The position numbers and the translations under genes are program-made. Shown piece by piece: positions 43,740-56,888 of a DNA stretch of 64,000 bases. How positions within the stretch are numbered: the first letter of the stretch is position 1; every line of letters starts with the position of its first letter. This DNA comes from the human T2T-CHM13v2.0 reference genome, Homo sapiens. The notes beneath the pieces are model-generated. The model was not told the DNA's origin and made no database searches. It saw only the letters and a list, made by a program, of their open reading frames with translations. Where the stretch lies: NCBI RefSeq assembly GCF_009914755.1, contig NC_060933.1, one strand, 5' to 3'.

Positions 43740-45000
43740 GGGTCGGCGTGTACCCACCCTTCAAACTTTGTGGAGCAGGCCCCTGGGTCTTGGGAAACAC
43801 GAAGGCATTCCTATCCAGCCCCAGTCATTCGGATCCCCCAGGCCTAGCGGCTGCACACCTGCGAGATGGAGGGGGGACTGCAGACCCGGGTGCGGGAGGC
43901 CAGTGCCAGCGAAGAGAGGTGGGCAAGGGAGGCCCCTCCAGCGTCCTGCTGGGGTTGAGTTGGGGCGGCTCGTCCCGTGGCCGCTGGGTCGTCTGGTTTC
44001 CGCTTTCCGAAAGAAATGAGAGGAGAGACAAGTGGAGTCGCTGAACTTTAATTAAACCGTAGAGAAGACAGCGGGGGGAGGGAAAAAAAATCGGAGAAGG
44101 AGGAGGAGGTGGCCGAGAGATCAAGGAAAGGAAGTCCTGGTGGCTCCGGAGAACTTGGAAATCTCTCCAAGGGGCTGAAAGCTGGAAGTTGTATGAAGGT
44201 GTTCCTTTCCCACACCCCAGCTACTCCGCCCCAGTCGAAGAGGCTAATTCCGGCCCTCTTATAAAAATAAGAAAGAAAAGGTGAAGAAAAAGAAAGTCTA
44301 ATTATGTGGCATGTTTCAGCCAGGTGTTCCTGGTTCCAATGACTCAGACCCTATTGGAGCCCTGAGGGTCTGGATAATTGGGCCTGCATAGACAGAGATG
44401 AAGGATGCCATTTCTAAAAGGAGGAAGGGGAGAGGAAAATGCCAAAGACCAAACAAGCTAAATTATTGTGTCTGTGTAGATCTATTTGCCTATTTACGTA
44501 CAGCAGGCTGTGGGGGTGGAGGGTGAGGGAAGGCCAGGAATAAACGACCAGGATGGAGCGGGCTGGCAGGAGAGAAAATGCGCCCCCCGCCCTTTGCGGG
44601 AACAGCCAAGGGGCCTCCTCAGCTCGCAGCTCAGGCGGCCGCGCTGTGTACCGGTCCGGAGCCAGGGCCGGGCTGGGGGAGGGGAGGCGGGGGAGGGAGG
44701 GGAGGCGGGGGAGGGAGGGGAGGCGGGGGAGGGAGGGGAGGCGGGGGAGGGAGGGGAGGCGGGGGAGGGAGGGGAGGCGGGGGAGGGAGGGGAGGCGGGG
44801 GAGGGAGGGGAGGCGGGGGAGGGAGGGGAGGCGGGGGAGGGAGGGGAGGCGGGGGAGGGAGGGGAGGCGGAGGCGGGCCCTCCCCGGGCGCTGTGAACTT
44901 TAGCTGGGCCGCCGCCTGTAAGCCCCAGAAAGCATTAAAGGTGCAGCAGCCCGCGCCAGACTCCGCAGCCGCCTTTGTACACGTGATTTATGACTTCAAT
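43740..45000. promoter_or_regulatory. CpG island / promoter-like region (possible FAM242-type lncRNA 5' region)
   Basis: CpG-rich with GC boxes; E-box CACGTG 44980-44985 overlaps TGATTTATGA 44984-44993; the FAM242 link is inference only. Confidence 0.5.
44681..44870. repeat. 18-bp VNTR (GGGGAGGCGGGGGAGGGA) x10.5
   Basis: Perfect tandem copies. Confidence 0.97.
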
Positions 45001-45514
45001 CTTGGTTCACCAAGAGTTCACACGGCTTTGGCTGCTGTTGAAGGTTAAAAGATGGTCTTCGCTTGACAAGTTGGACTATTGAAAATTCCTTCTTCTTCTT
45101 TTTTTTTTTTTTATTTTAGAAGCAAAGAGCAGAGGCTCAGGAGAGAAAAAAATTGGGGGGTGGGGGCAGGGGACAGGGGTTGCAGGTGGGCCAAAATGGT
45201 AGGTCAGGAAGGTTTGTCTTCCTATATTTAGGCTTTTTGTTGTTAGGATTTGCGTGTGTGTTGGGGAGAGGGTAGATAATAAGAGGGAGCTAGGCAAGAG
45301 ATGTAAAGATCTCTCATATGTAGAGGTCAAAGGAGTGAAAAAAAAACTCGTGCTTCCACAGTTAATTATCTGGGTAACTTGGGTCACACCCCCTAACTGA
45401 TCCTCCTCCAGAAACCAGAAATGGGCCAGGTAAGGGAGAGAGTTTGGGTAAAGGGTAAGGTTTGTGTGCTTCTCACTGGGTGTACTTGATCATCCACCTT
45501 ACCTGGGTAACTAC

Positions 45515-45682
45515 TTTTTTTTTTTTTTTTTTGGAAATGGGGTCCAGCTCTGTTTCCCAGGCTGGAGTGTTGTGGCACCATCATAATTCACTGAAGCCTC
45601 AAACTCCTGGGCTCAAGTAGTCCTCCCACCTTAGCCTCTTAAGTATGTGAGACTGCAGACATGTGCCACACCACCAGGTTGG
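45515..45682 (-). mobile_element. Alu monomer/half (FRAM/AluJ right arm)
   Basis: Poly-T followed by ccaggctggagtg...aaactcctgggctcaag. Confidence 0.8.
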
Positions 45683-46027
45683 GTAGCTGCTTTTCAATGT
45701 GCTTCTGCACCCACAGATTTGGAAAAGGGTATTTTTAGGCAGCAGTCTTTCAACTCTCTTCATCCTGTATGTTTAGCCTGCCATTTACATTTGATGCACA
45801 TGAAGAGGCTAATGGGAAGGAAATCTATAGAACTGGAATTGGAAGTCCTTTTGAATCCCAAATCCCCTTGGTCTAAGAGCCAGTCTCTCTTCTTTCTAGC
45901 GTTTTGACAAAGGTCGTGCCACAGCAGAGATGGTGGTCAAAGGCCTCCTAAAGACCAGGATCTAAGGCCCCTTCGTGATCTAAGGCTCTGAGTACTTGGA
46001 GAGACAAAACTCACTCCTTCTTTGTAG

Positions 46028-46031
<4 letters not shown>

Positions 46032-46063
<32 letters not shown>
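46032..46063. repeat. (GA)n microsatellite
   Basis: About 16 GA units. Confidence 0.95.
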
Positions 46064-46069
<6 letters not shown>

Positions 46070-48671
46070 GAGATACCTTGAAGCTGAGGGTCTGCTTGGC
46101 TCTTTGAGGTTTTTTTTAAGATATGTTTTTAAAAAATTTTCTGGAGTGGGAATTGGGACTGTGTGCACTGGGAAGGGGAACAGCAGAGAGCTGTGTCTGG
46201 AGTTGGGTGTGCCTCCCTAGCCCTATTAAGGCCCCATCTCCATTACCAATGCTAGGTAAATGTCTTCTTAAGAGATAGAGCCAGCCCCTCAAATCCAGAT
46301 CTGGGAACCAAAGGCATCCACGCTAGAAGGGGCACTCCCTCCTTCTCTTTCTACATAACATTAGAGAGGTATTTTCCCACCATGTGAGGACTTAGATAAG
46401 AGAAGGAGAAGAGCCAGAAAGATGTCCACATCTCGCCGGGACACCTAGCACCAGGCCCTCCTACAGGGGACCTCATATGTAAATAGCAGAATGGGGAGCA
46501 GAGAACAGAGAGACCCCAGAAATCCAGAGTCCAGGCTCTGAGGTCACTTTGGCAGGAATGGTCCTCTGGCCTTATGAAGAACAGAGGGGCAATATGGCAC
46601 TGTTTAGTAGCTCAGGGGGTGGTAGCTGTTAGGAGGAATCAGCCAAGGAAGCTAATGGATCTCTTCCAGGTTCTGGTTGGGAAGCAGAGGAATGAACTTA
46701 ACGGCCTCTGGAAGTAACATCTATACTGAAGTCCCCTTCTCACACTTTCTGAGTGTGTTCCTCCCTGGGAAATAATTCCAGTGGGCTTGTGCTTATCTGC
46801 AAGTCTGGGGTAATTATGAATTATTAATTCATCATTAAGACTTGATTGTGACCGTTGCTCTCCAGTGGACCCATTTATCTCCTTCTTTGTGAGGCAGAGG
46901 GCAGCCTCTGTTAGCCCTTGGCTTCTGTAACAGGCAAACTGAGGCCAGCCCCTCTTGAAGGCACTCCTTGAACTCTGCCCTAGGTGGGATGGTTGCCTCA
47001 TTACCAGTCAAGTCATGTTGCACCTCAGAGTATTTGTGGGATACAGCCACCTCCCACAAACTTCACATTTCAAAGTGCTTTGTAGGCTCCTGGAGAGATA
47101 GAGTAGGGGATTGGGAGTGAGACTCCAACAGGGGAAGAAACTTGGCCAAGCTGTGAGTGGAGATAGGAATTAAGGCGAGGTGGGAGGACTCCCAGGCACA
47201 GTATCTAAGCAATCTGGGATCAGGAATGGGCATTTTGCCTTCCTTACCCTAAGGAGATGCTAGTCTCCCTCAACTCTCTGGGGACCCCTGAACACATATC
47301 TGGCCCCTTTTCCTGACCTTTCTAGGGGAGACCCCAGAGACAGCCTCCCTGGAGCCACATTGCAAGTGGCCAGAGCTGCATCCAGCATCACCCCCTCTGA
47401 GGGGCCGGTAGACAGCTCCAGGCGGAGCTCAAAGTGTCCTCGGACTCCAGCAGGAAGTGTTGGACTGGATGTCGGTGGGGTCCTTTGAGACCCCGATTCT
47501 GCAACCTCAGCCCCCGGGGCCCTCCAGGCCCACAGTCCTGCTGACTGAAATGTCGGCAATGGTGGCCACTGCGCCTCTGCTCAAGAGTTTGCAGGAAGTT
47601 CCACGTGGGAGATCAAGTGAGAGTGGCCAGGGGCCTCTAGCAATGACCAGCAGACAAAGCCTGGTCTCCAGGCATCACCAGGCCACTGGGCCAGGAGCCT
47701 GAGCTGTGGGCTCTGTGGTGGGTGGATGCTGGTTTTCTTCACTGGTACAGGAGAAAATGGGGATCCTGAGAGATCCCATGGAGAAGCTTCCAGCAAGCTG
47801 GGCCTGGATCCCAGCCCGCCTCTGCTCAGGTGTTCATAGTTGTGGACGCTGAGTATCTGCCAGTCCTAGTCCCTCGGAGGGACCCATGCACTCCAGGAAG
47901 CAGCCTCAGACCCAGGGAGGTGGTATCATGCACTGATGATGGCAAGGCCTCCTGGAAGCCCCTGGGGCAAAACCTCTTGGCAGTGCTCAAGGCCCCACAC
48001 TGGAAAGTGGACACAGCACAGTGATTTGCCATGTCCAGGCCGGTGCAGAGCAGCAGGCAGCCCACGTCACTCTCCTGGGCCATCTCTCTGCAGGGGACAG
48101 CCACCATCTGAGCCCCCCATCCAGGGGTTCCCATGTGGGGACACCTTCTGGCAGCCCAGCTGAGCTCCCACCCCTAGCAAACACTGCCGGCCTCCCACCC
48201 CAGAGTGCTTTCAATGGCAGCAGCCCCCGAGGGCACCCAATGAGAGACCCCAACTGAGAGCCCCCAAGCATGCCCTCCAGACTCCTGGCGAGTGGGACGG
48301 TGAGTGAGGAGGCCCGAGATCTGCCTCACAACAGAGCAGAGCATGCCTGCTCCAAGCCGGGGTCCTCTCCAGACATGGAAGGAGGGAGGGAGAGAAGGAG
48401 GGAGGGAGGGGAAGGGGGAGGGGAGGGGAGGGGAGGGACCAGGGAGGATAATGAAAAGGACCTGGCACTATTTGTAGAGACACACTTCTGCCCACTGAGA
48501 AGATCCTCGGCCTTGATGTCCAGCTCAGCGGTGACGGAACCCGGACAGAGAGAGCAGGACCCCAGCATGAGAGTAGCAATGGACGTCACAGCAAAACATC
48601 CACATTTCACAGTCACGACTTCCAGGAGCAAACCGAGCCTCTCCAGCAGCAGGGTGAGAGGTGACAGGGCA

Positions 48672-49102
48672 CAGTTGAGGAATCCCAGGGCTGCCGTGAT
48701 AGGGGTGCCCACACAGGGCTTCAACAACGGGTGTCCACTCCCTCGCAGTCTGGAGTCCCACGTCCCAGATGGAGGTGCGGGCAGGGCCGCGCTGCCTCTG
48801 AAGGTTCTGCAGGAGCACCCTTCCTGCGTCTTCCACTACCGGTGGCTCCAAGCATCCTTGGCTTGTGGCCGCATCACCCCACTGTCTGCTTTGTCGTCTC
48901 AGCCTCCTCCTCCTCCTCTCTGTGTCTGAGTCTGGATTTCCCTCTTCCTGTGAGGACACCCGTCACCAGGTTCAGGGCCCACCCTACCCCCGTATCTCAT
49001 CTGAACTAATTCCACCTGCAAAGAGCCTATTTCCAAATAAGGTCACATTCTGAGGTTCTGGATGAACATGACTTTGCGGGGGACACCATCTAACCCTGAA
49101 CA
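48672..49102 (-). mobile_element. MLT1B-like MaLR solo LTR
   Basis: ccagggctgccgtga...ccttggcttgtggccgcatcac...ctatttccaaataaggtcacattctgagg. Confidence 0.85.
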
Positions 49103-52100
49103 TATAGTGTCGGGAGCAGGCACTGCAGAACTGAGGTCAATCTGTTTCCATCTGTGTCTCCTGGACACCCCAGACACCCTTAGAGCCATGGGGAGGCCGC
49201 AGTGCCACCAGTCAGGCTGGAGACCCCTAAGTGGGTGCCCAGACAGGGCCCATGGCAGGAGGGCAGTGGGCACAGAGGAGGAAGGCCGGGCTGCTCCCTG
49301 CTTCTCCTCTCCCTCCTCCTTCTCCACTGGAAAGTTCCACAGAAGAGTCATTTGGAGGTGAGCAAGGACTCAGTAGGGCTATTGCCCTGGAGAGGAGGCG
49401 GCCGAGGAAGGAGAGCCCAGCACGGCTCTCGGAGGCTTCGCAGGGAGTGGGAGTCAAATACCTGGGAGGAACGAGGGCCCTCTCCAGGAAGAAAATGTCT
49501 CCAAACCCTCAGAACCCTCCACAGACCTAATTGCCAAACAAAGAAACATGTTTTCTCAAGTTCCATCCTCAGCTTCAAGATGACCCTGCGTGGGCGAGCT
49601 GTGTTTGTTTGACCCGTCTGGACCTGCATGAACCTGAAGACATGGGCCCCAGCCGGAGAGGAGGGGCCTGTGGTCACAGCCCGGTCACCAGCCCAGTCTC
49701 GGATTCTTGGCCCCATGACAGGTGCTGAAGAAAGGCAAGGGGGCTGGGGTCGCTGTGGGTGGTGCCACGTGGGAGGACACGTGTTAGAGGCACACGGCCA
49801 GTGTAGGTCCCTCCCTTTGTCACTGGCCAGCAGTGTTCTGCCCCCGGTCAGCTATTTCCCTTCCACAGGCCTCAGTTCCCCTCTGAAAACACCAGCATCA
49901 CTGGCCAGTGGTAAAAATTAAACACGCTCTTAATCTTCCAGGCTCTGTCCTGGACACATGGTGACCATCACCAGCATGAGTCAAAGGCCACGAACCAGGC
50001 ATGTGTGGCTTCAGGACAAAGGGACTGCACCCACACCCCATTCAGTGGGGTGACCCCTTCCTGCTTCATCCTCCTCCCCAGCAGCCACCTCCTCCCTCGG
50101 GGTGCTGGCTCTCCCCAGCCGCACAGCAGCCCGCACAGACCCGTGGCCTGTGTCCTGTCTCCCCATCCCCCCAGGACAGCCAGGCTGTGTAGACAGGGCA
50201 GGGGACCAGCATCTTCTGAGGCCCCAGACACAGCTCCTCAGGCCCCACCTTTGGCCCCCACACACCTCCACCCCCCAAGGGGGATCCTCATGGGGCAGCA
50301 GCGATGCCCCACGGAGTGTCCTGGAGGGTGGGGCGGGGTGAGCGTCTGTGCAGGCAGGGCGAGACCATGCAAGGCAGGCTCCCCATCTCCGGCTCATCAA
50401 ACACCTGCTGCCACGGGCCCACCCAGAGAAAAGTGGGATCAAGGCCTACAGAGGCCCCTGCCTCGTGCTCTGCTGGGGTCCCCAGGGAGGTGAAGCCTCT
50501 GCTGGTCCACTGTGGCCCTAAAGGCTGCAGTTGAGACACCCGTGCTGCCAGCTCCAGACTTACAGGGGCATCTCCACCCTTTGCATGCCTAAACACCACC
50601 CCCCGACCCCTCCTTCCCCCACACTGGGACCCTCCCAGGGCACTGGACCCCACCGGGCCCCAAGGTCCCCAGGGGCCATAAGTTCCCCCTCCCACCCCAC
50701 CCCAGGAGGAACACTGCCCATAGCTCACTGAGGCAACGTCCAGCCTCTAAGCCCAGGAGCTTCCTGTGCTGGAAAATCACCTCCCATTTCCAGATGAGGC
50801 CTGGGCCGGGAGAGCACGCTCTCCCCACACTCTGCACCCTGCCCCAGCTTCTTCCCCTGCCTGCCATGTGCCTCGGCCCCCAGGAGCCCCAGTCCCCACC
50901 CACAGCCTGCAGCAAAGCCCCATTCACACCTCCTATGACATGGTCCTGCTGCCCTCCAGGACCCTATCACCTAGTGCAGGACGGGTGACCAGCAGGCAGG
51001 GCACAGCAGCCAGGAGCAGCTTGTAGGAGCCCCTGAGCCCTGCCCTGGCTGATGCCTCCTGGGCCATGTCTGACACATCCTCAGAAGCCCATTTCTCAGA
51101 TGCAGTATCCTCAGCCTTTGGGAGGGATTTGGGACACTTGAGCAAGGCCCTGAAGCATGTGTAGGAGTTCTCCTATCCCGACTTTCAGGCCACCTGTGGT
51201 CAGGGGGTTCCCTGTGCTGCCCGAGGTCCTGCCGTGCCCGCTGCACTAGCTGGGGTGCCCTCCCTTTCAGCAGTCCTCAAAGGAGTCTCACCATGCTAGG
51301 AAATTTTAAACCCCAGCCTCAGCCTGCATGGTTCCCTCCCGCTAAGGCACCCCTCACTGTCTCATCTCCTCTTCTGTGGGTGCTCCCTGACCCTCCTCTT
51401 CCCCCTCCAGGCTGGCCCCAGGCTCTCCCTCTCCTCCCACAGCCCTGAAAGGTCATATTGCCAGCATTGCCAGCACTCATGTCTGGGTCTCTGTCTCTCC
51501 CACCAGAATAGGGGCTCCTTTACGGATGGGGGTCCTGTCCAGCTCCTCCCTGAACCCCGGAAGGCACAGGGAAGGAGCCACTCTGTGGCTCCAATTCCAA
51601 GACTGCCTCTGAGCTTCATAACTGCCTCTCTCTCTGCCATTGAGGGCTCATGCATTTTAAAACTTTCTCCGGAGGAATAATTCACTCTTTGCCATGACCC
51701 AATTATCTTTCCAGTTTCTGGGCAGAGTTACTGAGTGATGTTCTGAGGGTGGCTTGGTGGGCAGGCTGGCAGCGGGAGAAGGGTCTCACCTGCAGGCTGC
51801 ACAGGGCCTCTTCCTCCCACCCTCCCGGGCCCGAGGCCCCTTCCCACACCCCTAGCTCCACAGCAGCAAAGCAGGGCTGTGGGGTGGGCCAATGCCTCGA
51901 GGCATCACCACAGCCAGGCTCTGGAGCAGAGGGCCCTGCATCTGTGTGTGCTGCCTTTGCAGCCTCAGTTCAGGCTCAGGCGCAGCTCTAAGCCTCAGTT
52001 TCCCCAGAAAATGGGCTGGTTTGGGGATTCCATGAGTTGATGCCTGTTGTCAGCACTGCACTGGGCTCCAAGTGAAGAGCCCAGAAAGGGACTCTGGACT

Positions 52101-52409
52101 CAGAGGGAGCCAGGGCCCAAGCCTGCTTCTCCTGCTGCCTGCTGGTCTGTCTTGGGGTCTGCCTTCTGCTCTGTCATGTCCCCTGCTGAGCCTCTGTTTC
52201 CCCAAATATAAATGTAATTGAGGTTTTTAGTACCTTCCTTACTGGTAGCTGGGAGGACCAAGCGAGAAAACGCCTCTGAAATAACCTAATCAAGTAGACA
52301 ATGCTCACCAGATGAGCTCAGAGGCTGCAGTGGAGACGGCGTTCCTGCACTCGACAGACACTCCAGGCCCGCCCCAAGGAGCCCGTCCAATGGAGGAGGC
52401 ACGCACATG

Positions 52410-52987
52410 TGTTACAGGACCAGCAGATGTGTATGCCCACAGCGCTGTAACACACCCCTGACGTGGAGACAGCAGGGTTTGCAGCAAAGAAAGGGCGTAT
52501 TGATCACAGGGCAGTGAGTGAGGGGGTGGGAGGGAGCTGCAAATCCCTGTCCCTAAAGAGTTCCAGGCTGGGGTTTTTAAGGGGATCTGGGGGGTGAGAG
52601 GCTGGAGAATTGGGTTGGCTGATTGGCTGGGGTAAGGGGCTGAAATCTTCAAGATGTGGGGACTTGATGATTCTTCGGCAGCTCAGGTCCTCCAGGGTCC
52701 TACGGGCTGGCTGGCATCAGGAGCTTCCTCGGCACGCAGGGCCTGAAGGGGAATCTCAAAGGGAAACACACGTTCCCAGCGCTCATCTGCAGAGCAGTCG
52801 AGAAGGCAGTGGACTTGTGGCCAGGCCTGTGTGACTCTGGGGCCACAGGCAGCAGACAGGCTTGAGGCAGCCTGTCAGAGCATGACCACCCAGGGACGAG
52901 TGTGAGGGCGCCAGGCTGAGTTCATTTTCGTTTCTCCCCCTCCCTTCTTCCCTGGTTAATTTTATGAAGTTTATGGGGACGATTTCA
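52410..52987 (-). mobile_element. ERV1 (MER4-group, MER31-like) solo LTR
   Basis: TGTTAC...ATTTCA termini; gagacagcagggtttgcagca and ggctggggtttttaaggggatc. Confidence 0.7.
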
Positions 52988-53984
52988 CACACACACCTGC
53001 AAGCACACTCCTGCCCACTCCATACAGCTCCCAGGCAGTCACAAGGTGAAGGCTGCCCTTCTGACAAGGGGCTGGTGCTCTGCCAGCTGGAAGGGGCACA
53101 GGGAAGGGACCCCCCACCAAGCCCATTGGCCTCCAACATCCTTCCAGGAGGCAGGTGTTCAGCCCCAGACACCCCCACCCCAGCCAGCCGACGCAGCTCA
53201 GGAGGGGGTGGGAGTGGTGCTGCTCCCGCCAGAGTGCACCCACATTGCCACCCCAGGTGAGGTGGGGACAGCACCGTGGGAGGGAGGGAGGGGCACAGTG
53301 ACAGCTGCATGCGGAGACGCAGCGAGACGAGTCTCAGAACCTTCCAGACAGAGCTGGTCAGAATCTCATCAGTTAAGGTTAACGTTAGCATTGGGAGGCA
53401 ACTTCCAGCCCCGCTTAGAGTGGTGCAACCACATCACCCCAGTTTTTGCTGTTGGATTCTCCAGGAAGCACTGGTTTCCAGATCCCTGACTTTTAAACAG
53501 GAATTAGCATCCTTTTTCTGCCTGGCCAGCATCTCCTGCAAGCGGGCCTGGCTGCAGCTCAGATGCTGGGAGAGTAGGTTCACATCAGGACATGCCAAAT
53601 CGATCCCTCACTCTCATTAGGACCCCCACGGGGGGAGCACCAGCTCCAGGGTTTTCCATCAGCCTCTGGTCTGAGTGGCTGCTCCTAGCCCCCCTCCCAT
53701 GAAACTCCCCAGCAGGAGCTCTGGCCTCTCACAGGCGGGGTTCAGCTCCAGAAAACTCCCGCTGAGGATCTGTGCTGACCTGGGGCTTCCTGAGAAGAAC
53801 GAGGGTCCCGAAGAGTCCTACAGACCCTCAACCACAAGTGTCCTTGGAGGACAGGAAAGGAGCTGGGAGGCAGGACACTTCGGCTTTGGCAGGGACTGAT
53901 CCTGTGAGCCCCCAGGTGCAGGGCGGGTTACAAGATGGACTGTAGGATGGGGTCACCCACTGCTCAGTCCAGCCAGCCAGCCAC

Positions 53985-54790
53985 ATGACCATTCATCCAG
54001 CTGCCAGCACATCCCCCTCATTATCCATCTACACACGGCCATTCATCCTCCATGAGTCTATCCCCACACCAACACCTGCCAGTGCAGCCCCCTCACCATC
54101 CATCTACACACACACTGGCCAATGCCCAGCTCCTCCAGTGCCACCCACCATCTCCCACAAGCACAACCTAACAGTCCTCCTACCCACTAGCCATTCATTG
54201 CCATCAAACCATCCACCTACCTGCGTACCCATTCTCCATGCACATCCAGCCAGCCACTCACCCTAACCCACCTGTCAACCTAACACCCACGTGCCCTTCA
54301 TTTACCCAACACACACTTAGCAACTAGTTATCCAGTTGCTTGCCACATCAATCCAATAGCAACCAGTACCTCCATCCAATCAGCAAAAGATTCATTGATC
54401 AGCTCCTTTATTCAACCAGGAATCCATTCACCCATCCACCCTAACCCAAACCACCTCTTCAGTAATACAACCACACACCAACTAATCCACCAGCCATCTG
54501 TCAGTCTGGCTGATCTTCCTATTCACACATCACCAAACCAACTATCACCCATCCATTTAACCAGCCACCTACCCATCTGTCCATCAATCTATCAGCTATC
54601 CACCTGCCAAACCATTCCTCCCCCCACCCCATCATCCACCCATCCATCCAACACCCCAGGCAAGCATCCATAGTGACTGCCCCCCATCCATCTACCCATC
54701 TCTTCACCTGTCATCCGTCCACCCCTTCCAACTATCCAGGCCACTTCCTGAACCCTCCTTCCATCTCTTCCTCACATATCCAGCCACCCA
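53985..54790. repeat. Degenerate (CCAT/CCAC)n tract
   Basis: About 800 bp of G-poor ccatcc/ccaccc motifs. Confidence 0.8.
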
Positions 54791-55260
54791 CAAATTCATT
54801 CAACAAATATGCATTCACTAACAAACACTTAGCAAGCACTCACCAACACCAGGTGTTGATTGAGGTGCTGGGTATACCTCAGGAACAAATTAGACAGAGG
54901 AGCACACATTCTAGCCGGGTGAGACGAACAGGAAACATCAACAAAGAGCTGTTGCACGTCAGGGGATAAGTGCTACACGTAAGGCAGAACTGGGTCCTGG
55001 AGGGAGAAACGGGCTTCTCTTCTGGGTGAGGCGGTGGGGAAGGCCTCTCCAAAAAAGGCGGCATCCGAGGAGACGAGGGAGACATGAAGCACGAAGGGCA
55101 TTCCAGGTAAAGGGCACAGGAAGCACGGTGGCTCTGAGGCCCGAGGATACTCTGGAGGTTGGAGGGGACTGAGTGGCTGTCAGCCATCCAGAACCGAGGC
55201 CGTGAGAAGCAGCAGACGCCAGCCCCTCTGTGGGTGAATAGGAGGCAGGGCTGGACTGGA
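54791..55260 (-). mobile_element. L2 3' end
   Basis: attcattcaacaaat...aggtgctgggtatac...gcattccagg...aggg. Confidence 0.65.
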
Positions 55261-56888
55261 CAGGTACGATCAGCCTCACTTCCCAAGCCCGGGCCACCTG
55301 CCGTAGCCCCAAGCCTCTGGAAACAGGCTCATCCTCCACCTGAGTGACGTTCAGACTTGGGAAAGGGTGGGAGTGGCTGGAACATACGCTGGGAGGTCAG
55401 CGGGGCCCGCCCACCGGCAGTGGGCTCAGAGGTGGCCGAGGCACTGACTCTGGGTGAGAGCTTTGCCCTGCCTCCTGCAGCCCCCAGCTGCCTGCCTTTC
55501 CCTCAGAGGCTCCACACTTGGCTGTTCCTCAGTCCCACGGTTTCTCGGGACCAGCATCAGGGCCGCATTGAGCCTCCACCTTTGAGGCCACACCAGGCCC
55601 CGGCTGGGTGGATCCCTGAGGATCCAGACTCACAGAGGCCAGGCACACATGCCACCTTGACATGTGTTGCTTTCCACCATGAGGATCATGTCTGCCGCCA
55701 GCTCCCCTCAGGCTGCTCAGGGCCGTGCCCTCCACAGACCACTCACCCTCAGCAACCAAGCAGGGGTCCTGAGACGAGGCTGGAAGGGTCCGGGATTCCT
55801 GCCCAGCCCCCGTTCCTGTTCGGGTGGCCTTGGATGAGTCGCTTTCTCTCTCTGCTCCTAAGCTGCACTGTTCCTAGAATGGGATCTCGAACCTGGACCC
55901 TGAAGAGCTGTGGTGAAAATTACATGTGACAGCTGATGTGAAAACAAGTTCTAAATGTTTTCTGCACCGATACTGAACTTCACCGGGGCCCTGGGCTCCT
56001 GGACCCAGCACAGGCTCGGACATGGCCCCACTCTGTGTTCCTGAAAACGGCTTCCTGAAAGGAACCGCTTCCCCATGGGACTCAGGCAAGACTCACAACA
56101 CCCCCTGGTTTACCGGGGCAAGGCCAACCCAAGACTCCCCAGTCCCTCTGCCTGGTGAACAATCCCCCTGACTGCTCCTCCCACTAAGCCGCCCCACAGG
56201 ATGCCTGTGACCCAGGCTTGGGTTAACATGGCGCCGCCCTCCAGGTCCTCAGCTGAGGCCCCAACTGGAGGCAGCAGACAGCCCCTCAGAGGCCAGGGTG
56301 GTTCCGGGAGGAACTCTGCTCCACTGTCCCACGGGTACCGTCATCCCATCTCCCAACACTCATGCCTCTAGCCTTGCCGACCACTTTCTGTAAGAGAAAA
56401 CCCCTGTCCCAACCCTCAAGACGCCTGCAGAGCTCATGGTCAGGCATCCTCCTCCCTGCAGCCATCCCCTCCCCTAAGACTGCACGTGTCTTTCTCTGGC
56501 ATTGGTTCTCAGTGGTTCTTACGATGGGGACAATGGTTCCCTCTCTTCTGACCGCATCTGCCCAGGGAAGACACCAGCATTCCTGGCCCCATGTCCAGCT
56601 GTGGCCCAGGGCTCCATGAGGACCCAGGAACTGTGGCACACAGGGTCCCTCTGCTCGGTGGCTGATGTGGTAAGGAGGGACAGACCCACTGCGAGGCCCC
56701 ACGCAGGCACTGTACAAATGACCCTTCTCACAATGGCACAGGCTCTCTGGGGGCTCACATATGTGACAGCTATGGGGGGAGGGTGGGAGGCTGTGGGCTA
56801 AGCCAAGCCCCAGGTCCCACCCCACAGGTCCAGGAAGGGACAGGATGACAGGCAGGACAGGCCAGGGTGAGCGAAGTCTTGACCCTGG

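Noticed and set aside
44486-45048. Gly/Arg/Glu-rich ORFs in three frames
   Set aside because: Produced by the T-free 18-bp VNTR, which cannot contain stop codons.
41000-45100. A HOX or other homeobox coding sequence
   Set aside because: No homeodomain or hexapeptide appears in the ORF track; only regulatory-like features are present.
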